64,000 bases of DNA from Tubiluchus corallicola (Eukaryota; Animalia; Priapulida). The translations under genes and the position numbers were made by a program. The notes under the pieces are model-generated. The model was not told the origin of the DNA. It worked only from the letters and a program-made list of their open reading frames with translations, and did no database searches. Location of the stretch: assembly GCA_030141605.1 (NCBI GenBank), contig JAQGDQ010000026.1, forward strand, positions 868,001 to 932,000. The letters are read 5' to 3'. The first letter of the stretch is position 1. Each line of letters begins with the position of its first letter. Positions 56,901 to 64,000 of this stretch are shown piece by piece.

Positions 56901-59900
56901 ATTTCTGAATTATGCAAATACCACATTGTGTCAATAGCAAAAGAAATTGCAAATGTTGGTCTCATTTGACCAAACAAGAAGCATTATCTGCATCTGAATT
57001 GAATGGTCAAAAATTAAGCTAGTAGGATGGCTGCTGCGTGCCGATGCATGTGAAGCTCGCGAAATAAAAACGGCTGCTCTTTGTCAGTACTTGCTGCACA
57101 AATTTATCTTTTCACTCAAAAATTTTCTTTTGTAGATTCAGTCCATAATGATTACGACTGTATTTTTACAGAGCACTTAAACGCTGCTTGATATTACAGG
57201 CAGCTTTGTACATTTTCCACTCTTTTATGGGATGCTGTGCTGTTGCCACGGCAACCGGCATATGGAAGTGACAGTTATCTGTGAAATAACAGAAAAGCCA
57301 CAGAAACAGAAACCAGGAAAAGTTGCAAAATTAAATAGTTAGAACAGCTAACAGAGAAATTCAGCACAGGTAGGCATTAGGCAAGTAATATAGCTTTGTA
57401 ATACAAAGTAATTCATATGCCACACAAAAGCCGCAAGATAGACTTAACCAAAATTATTAAAGGTTACAAAAGAGATGCTGTGGTTCAGCATTGTTAAGAA
57501 TGAATGTCTCTAGAAAATCTCAAATAAATACAATGAATTATCGAAAAATGTAAACATAAGCAATGAACAAACGGATTTTGAAAAAAATCATAAATAATTT
57601 GTTAAAAGCAAAAATGGTGAGAATGCAGGAGCATATGTATTCCCTGAAAAAAGTTATCTGGAACCAAAAGAAGAGGAACATAATACTTACAACAAATGCC
57701 TAATGGCTAATTACAAGGAATAAGGCACTGAAAAATTGTGGCAGGATTTGAATGCAAAAATTTACGATTTCAGGTCTTACACTCAATCCACTTGAGCTAC
57801 ACACATTGCACAGAATTCTATATATTATAACATCTTAAGAAGCAAAATAGCTCACCCATTTCTGACAGATTTCCACTCAACTTTTACAATTGGTTTGCAT
57901 GTGTCCATTTTGCCACCTTCCTTTACAGCTTTGGCTGCAAAAATAATTACATGCTGTCCTGATTGTCACCAACATTATAGCCAACAGAAAAGTTATTTAC
58001 AGTACATGTACCATGATAAACTTATTTTAATTATACATTTTATATAATAACTTTTCACCCTTTTGATTTTTTTAAATTCACATCACAATTTTGGAACATT
58101 ATAATTGCACTTATAATTTACATACTGATGTGGCCTGGGAGACCCATACCTGGCAAAATGCCACAAAACATAGAAAGACATACGTGAATAAAATCTTACA
58201 CAATCACCCCAGTAACTTTACAAAAAGTTCAAAGAAAACAGAGACTCCATTGGCTTAGATCCATGCAGGAAGATTGCTGCCCAGTGCCCACAATAGATTA
58301 ACAAAACAACAAGATACAGGCCATGCAGCTACAATATATCTACAAATTTTTAATAATACGTTCTTTACTGCAAATGCCATTTGGAGTTGTTTCTTGTTAG
58401 CGATGTGTACACAGTAAAAAAAGTTGTGAAAAATAATTACAGATTTTTACACTGAACAAATACTGAGCAAAAAAGAAATTCACCGTGTGGATAAACAACA
58501 CTGATAGGCTTCAAAGGTGGTGCCATCTTTACATTCCACGTAGTAAGGCTGCCATCCTGATGACTGCATATAAACTGCTTGCCCTCATTATGCCAGGCAA
58601 CAGATTTCAATGCCTGTGCACAAAGATTACTCATTACGATAAAAAATCTCAAATTTTCTTACAGAAACCAATTAACTTTTTCATTAAGACACCACTACAC
58701 AAAAATAGTGAAATTTCCCACTCTACTTTTAAAACTGCAAAATTAAAATAAGCATAGTACACACTAATCAATCATTAAGACAATAACTTGCTATTAAGCT
58801 AATTATTTACTGCAAATTGCTAAATATAATGGGGTCTTAATTAATTGTAAAGAGGGGTTCAGCACTGCATTTATGTACCTCAGGGCAGTTGAGTCTAACA
58901 TCAGCAGCTTTGTTTTTCAGATCCCACAGAACCACATGACCACACTCGAAGCCAATCAGCAATTTGTTGGGGTCACACGGGCAGTCGCTTAGATGCACGA
59001 TTGGTCCTGGATGTGTTTTACGTGTACTGGAATGCAGCAACAGATTAATGAAGCCACTTAATTTTCTCTCCTTCTTTCATTCTGTTCTTCCAAACTTACA
59101 TCAACATCTAACACATTATAACTAATTCGTCCCACCCACTTATTTAATGACATGTTACATAATTTTACATAATTATTTTCGTTTCATTTTAATTTTTTTA
59201 GCTGAATAACTCATATTTTTTGTGATCAACTACCTGTGGAGTTTGCATAAGCGATGTATTTACACCCTGAAACGCTTTAATATAGGTTTTCTCTGCCAGC
59301 CAATCAGTATTTGAATCACAACGTTTGTCTTTATTATTAATGCACATGTGATTACAATGTTTTCTTCAAATAAAATATTAATCATTATTTGTTATTTATT
59401 ATTTAAACTAATTCTGAATAAGAAATTACTATCAACATACTTAGCAGGAGACTGATGTCTTAGAAACTTATATGACGAAAAAAAAACTGCTTTTTGCCTT
59501 TTTTCTGAATGTTCCTAAAAATTTTACTTTCACAATAAACATTCAAACAGAAACACGAAATGAAAATGTATGCACAAAAGTAGTTAGTATATATTTAGAG
59601 ATTCTTCTGCAGATTTGTAGTAGTGTCTCAATGCAGTGCTGCTATTTATTGTGACCAACAATAGTAAAAGTTCTTTTTGCATTCAAACAATATTATCCAT
59701 GTAAAAATCACCAAGACTTAAGTCGACTAAAAGCCAAACACAGATTTTATAATTTGCAGGCAATGCTTTACACAAAAAGAACATCAACAATAATTCCTGG
59801 AAATTTATTATGACAAGATCTGTCAAGAATCCAGCAAAAACCAATTTTACTTATCACTCATCATTACAAACTCAATATAGAAAATAATGCAATAAAACAT

Positions 59901-62900
59901 TTCATAATTTTAATAACAATTTTCTTTCAAGCAAAGTAAACCAGGCTGCTACAAATCATGCATACACAATGAATCACCAGCTGCCCTCACTCAAGCGTAC
60001 TCCTCAACACTTCCAGAGCAAGTCAAGTTTTCAATTTTCAATATCCTAATACTTACAGTTCTATGGCTTTATTCCAATTGATCACATAACCGGAGAGCTG
60101 GAAGCTATCTATATTCACTATGTGTATATTGCCTCGTTCCGTGCCAATGTAGAGCCATTTACTTTGAAACGGGAGATGGCAGACGATTATCCTGTAATGC
60201 GCAGAGAGTTGATCAGACAAACGCTATTAAATATTCATAGTTCAATCTCTGTTTAATACTTAGTTATGCAGAAAAGTTCATCTTTAAACACATTTATATC
60301 AAATAAATAAAGTAATATGGTAAAATGTTCAATATCAGATGGGACAAATTTACTTGAAAAGATCAGAGACATCAGAAATGTGTTTAAAAAAATCTGAAAA
60401 ATATAATTAACTAAGCCAGCATGATTCTTATTTGACAGAAGGGCTTTGGTTGTTACTGTAATCAGACAAAAACATACGTAGACATAATGCTCCAGTGCTT
60501 GTAATGTACTCCTTAATATAAAATGACGTGTGCACTACTTGCTTCTCATTTAAAAAATGCAAATGCATTTTACTGCAGTACCTGTTTTGGTTTCTCAAAA
60601 GTTGATCTAACATTCAAACATTGAAAAAGCAAAAACAGCTTTTCTAAGTACCCTAAGTTGGTAAGTAGAACTCTCTCCCATATTATATAGCTTACCCCAT
60701 CATAGGATTTAATGCAAATCTGGATAATACTATGTGGCAAAACCTCCTATACTAACCCTAAATGATGTATCTAAAACAGAGTAACACTTGGACAAAACAA
60801 ATCTACAACATCAAATCCCAAAATAGGGTTGGAGTGCAATCTCACCGGGTTGGAGATGCTGAAGAAAAAGTACTCCCTAACTAGGTCGACTGTTGCTATT
60901 ACTATAAGAATGATGTACAAGTTCTTTCCACTCTACTTTTGTTGTAAAATTTATTTTCGTTGACATTCATTCTCGCATTATTTTTTTTATTAATTAATCT
61001 TGAAAGAAAACAAACTTTTAAGAGAGAAAAAGAAGTGAACTGTTTTGCAATGCCCTGCAAGGAACTGCTTGTAAAATACTGACTACTATTTTGCTAGTTA
61101 AACTACTATTGCTTGAGTTTAACAAAAGTCATGCTTGGTTTGAAGCATTGGGGACAAAATGAGGCTATAGCTGAGTGGTTACTGTTTAGTGGTCAAAGTT
61201 AAACAATACCAAAGCTGGGCACCATACGAATGGAGAAATAGTTAACTGGATTTCTTCATCCGTGGCCATATTTTTGCCCTGGCTATTTACTTTGAAAAGA
61301 TAAGACGTATACCCACACGAAGGTAGTTATAATATCTAAACTAAGTAGATATGAGATAAAACTCTGAACAGTAGGTTGCTTGCTGACATGCTTTTTTACT
61401 AACTAGCTGACGTAATGGTCATGCGACATTAAACAGTGACGATATTACAGTAGTGAATAAAGGGCACTTCTGCTAGTTTAAGTTCTCATCTTACAGGATT
61501 ATCCTGGATGATAAGCTGGTTCCCATAACAAAACACTACAGTAAAGGTCGAGATCCTTCTGCTGAGTGCAGGATCCGGTTTGTAGCATGCCAAACTGCTT
61601 AAGAAATGTAGAATCACTTTCTGCAAAAGTTGCACATCACATCAAATTTAACAAAATTAACTATTTTTTTGTCTGTGGGCATACTCAACGCACGAACTAA
61701 AATTCGGGTGCTGAAGACAAATCAAACCAATATCATGCTCACTTATTTAGACACAGTTTCTGATCATAACATCCAGCCAACGTTCCAAATGCCAAAGCGA
61801 TAGATTTTACATGTTGCAATTATTTAATGCAGTGCAAAGCTGCCGAGCAGTTCATTACGTGTCTAGTCTCAAGCACTGCATCCAAATTACGTACTAACAA
61901 TGCTCTGAAGAACAGATGTGGCCATTTCAATTACAGGTTACAGAATAACCTACCTAATGATAAATCAAAGAAGAAACTGCCGAAAGCGCCTACTCACAGC
62001 CTTAGATGCTGTATAGCAAGCACATTTTGTATCAATTAATATCGAGAATTTATATACCACCTTTAAAGTTTAATTTAATTTACAGATGAAAATGATTTTA
62101 AAAGATTTCGTGAATGCAATTTATTGTGGGAGTCACCATGGCTTGCTTGGCTTTACGACAATTTTGTTTTTATTACTTGTAACACATTAATTTTCAATAA
62201 AAATGCAAAAAATGGGTGAAACAATTTGAATACATTGCTTCACTTACATGCTATATACATGCGTACAATAAACATAAAGTTACAGCTGTTAAAAGGTCTA
62301 CCAGGGAAAAATATTCCAGACACTAAAGTGATCAGCATTGTAAATTCTAAACCTAACTTCTAAATAAATAAAAACAGGGCTGAATCGCCGAAAATGCATA
62401 TCATGAGACTATATTCCTATTAGTAAAATTAACAAATGCAATGATGGAAACCTTTACCTGCCAATTTCCTAATTGCTTTGCCTTGCCTTTTTGCATGCTG
62501 TTTCAATTGGCAACTTTATTACACTTAGAGCATTGCGTGCTGGAAAAATCTGTCTCTCAGGTTTAATGTAATAAGCGGATTAGACTGCTTTTGTAATTAG
62601 CATGTTAAATGGCATCTAATTCGTAAATGTGGTTATTATTCTGCGAGAATAAATCAGATATGTGCATGATTAGCATGTCATGGTTATGGTTATTACCAGC
62701 GAATATGTCGCGAAGCATTTTGCTAAAGTACGGATATTTAATTAGGACACGCAAGTGGGCAGATCGAGTATGATAAATAAATGGGAAAAGATGCTGATGA
62801 AAAGGTCAGTCAGAGAAGGCCAATAATGTGTATAGAAAGATTGCTTAATGCCTTCCGAAAAAAATAAGTAGCGAGGAATAATACATTTTGAAGTGTAAAT

Positions 62901-63606
62901 CATATTAAAATCATATGAAATTTTTTTGGAACCATGTTATATCGTTTTGTAATTTTAAAATTTATTTAGTAATAAATTAAAAAATAATAATGTCCACGTG
63001 TACAATAATTATCTATAACAAAAGAATTAAAGCAATTTATTCATCTCTGTTTCTTGTAATACACAGTATCTTACTTTTATACGACTATTTTACTATTTTA
63101 CTACTGTTAAATAAAAAATGCCTAAAACAGTTGAAAACTCTTTGTATTCGGGTTAATACCTAATTTACTCTGCAAAGGACCGGCCAAATATTTGTGCGTA
63201 TGCTGCAAAATGGACCAAGTCTGCACTTGTGAAAGCTATGTAAGCTCAGGGCTAAGGAGTCTTATGGCCAACATTCATTTCACAGAAGCTAAAAATGTAC
63301 TTTCTTTGCCTGCTGTTGTCTTCAATTAACTTTGAGCAGGAACTTTTTTAACAATTTTTTAAGAACAGAATTGATAATGCCATTTACACTAACGACAAGC
63401 TCAAATCCATGTTTATAGTGTAAACACTAGACTAGAAGAAGATATAAGTGTCAATTCAGAAAAGCCTTGTTAGAATTAGTTTTATTATTTTTGTTGAAGA
63501 CTCACCGTTCCCTATTAAACTTGAGTGTGTGTAGCAATTCTGGCCTTCGTTGCTTAATGCTCCACATATGTATGGTGTCATCAGCACACACAGTAACTAA
63601 AGCACC
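35966..63606 (-). CDS. STXBP5: Tomosyn / syntaxin-binding protein 5 (WD40, Lgl and R-SNARE domains); 5' end lies beyond the window
   Basis: Core exons 63606-63506, 60191-60057, 59026-58879, 58613-58484, 57934-57856, 54862-54708, 53204-53132, 52865-52718, 50058-49950, 48546-48335, 47739-47590, 46891-46743, 46557-46469, 45747-45635, [variable exons], 41502-41386, 40846-40724, 40080-39928, 39147-38974, 38440-38332, 38022-37927, 37057-36933, 36758-36637, 36103-35966. Motifs LPFQSKWLYIGTERGN, WPINGGEWG, TGHADGSVKFWDAS, SRSRSSSV, ERGEKL..KYKDKKWYQF. Confidence 0.96.
36365..36432 (+). mobile_element. Decayed tRNA-derived SINE head
   Basis: A-box-like CAGCTCAAATAGATAG and B-box-like GGTTCAAATT at tRNA spacing; no intact cloverleaf. 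Confidence 0.5.
42393..42592. mobile_element. PIF/Harbinger-type MITE
   Basis: TTA|CGACACGTTCAGACTAG ... CTAGTCTGAACGTGCCG|TTA: 17-bp TIR with one mismatch and 3-bp TTA TSD. Confidence 0.85.
43031..43051 (-). CDS. STXBP5: Candidate 21-nt tomosyn microexon (xGGDLRH)
   Basis: Acceptor CTCTTGCAG, donor GTAAGC, phase 1-1, open frame. Confidence 0.65.
44009..44045 (-). CDS. STXBP5: Candidate 37-nt tomosyn exon (ELSRKFYTDRHE)
   Basis: Acceptor CTTCCTGCTTCTCATAG, donor AG|GTAACA, phase 0-1, matching the flanking core exons. Confidence 0.7.
45055..45208 (-). CDS. STXBP5: Candidate 154-nt tomosyn exon (VNGQLISISPP..RRCKSQS..KTQSTASEDLSRPCE)
   Basis: GC-rich open frame, acceptor TGCTGCTAG, donor AAG|GTTATT, phase 0-1. 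Confidence 0.75.
45831..45997 (+). repeat. Tandem duplication, period 86 bp
   Basis: 45831-45911 is repeated at 45917-45997 with two substitutions. Confidence 0.92.
51802..52170 (+). mobile_element. Possible Helitron/Helentron-associated non-autonomous fragment
   Basis: A|TCTATAG start, GTGT/GTCT microsatellite, then TTGAAACTTGGCACAC. The 3' end is unclear. Confidence 0.4.
53045..53095 (+). repeat. (CAT/CGT)n trinucleotide microsatellite
   Basis: Direct reading; intronic. Confidence 0.9.
57242..57255. promoter_or_regulatory. RFX X-box motif in a tomosyn intron
   Basis: GTTGCCACGGCAAC: palindromic half-sites GTTGCC/GGCAAC with a 2-nt spacer. Confidence 0.55.
57738..57800 (-). mobile_element. 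Decayed tRNA-derived SINE head
   Basis: Minus strand GTAGCTCAAGTGG ... ATTCAAATCCTGCC (A and B boxes). Confidence 0.5.
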
Positions 63607-63626
63607 CTAAAATAATACAATAATGC

Positions 63627-63662
63627 ATATATATATATATATATATATATGTATATGTATGT
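63627..63662 (+). repeat. (AT)n/(ATGT)n microsatellite
   Basis: Direct reading. Confidence 0.9.
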
Positions 63663-64000
63663 AGTTTAATTAAAGACGAAACTCAATCACAAAGATCCAC
63701 AGGTGTAGATGTTCTTTTTGCACAAACATCAATTAATTTCATCAACAAAAGAACAAATAACAAAACAGAAGATAGTAATTACGCACCAAGCAGGTGCACG
63801 GTGGACATGTTATGACAAAAAGCAGGCAAGCTGCAATTCTCTCAGCAATCATATATCTACCATGCATATGATACTCCACATAAGCATCGTCTACGTCTAC
63901 CCTTTAACAACATAACCAACAATAAGTTTTTCTTTGTTGTCATGGACAATTTAAAAGATATTGTCACACAACATGGGCCTATACATGTCTCACAACTTTA

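Overview
AT-rich, intron-rich animal (invertebrate-like) nuclear DNA, not prokaryotic. Four spliced genes were reconstructed by hand from GT-AG boundaries and frame continuity: PDHA1 (+, 6864-11674, first exon not found), TAF12 (-, 23462-16317, about 355 aa with a long low-complexity N-terminus), UBXN11 (+, 25961-33175, 500 aa, head-to-head with TAF12) and a 5'-truncated tomosyn/STXBP5 (-, 63606-35966). Positions 1-5240 hold a rearranged Gypsy LTR-retrotransposon joined to a decayed CR1-type LINE. Introns carry hAT, pogo/Tigger, Harbinger and Helitron-like non-autonomous elements and tRNA-derived SINEs. Most worth a second look: a Penelope-type minimal hammerhead ribozyme motif (24313-24359), a candidate poison-exon pair in TAF12, a microexon cluster in the tomosyn hypervariable region, three tandem Helitron-like 3' ends, and RFX X-boxes. 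No wholly new enzymatic system is supported; the novelty candidates are RNA-level or regulatory and need transcript data. Most short ORFs in the track are spurious.
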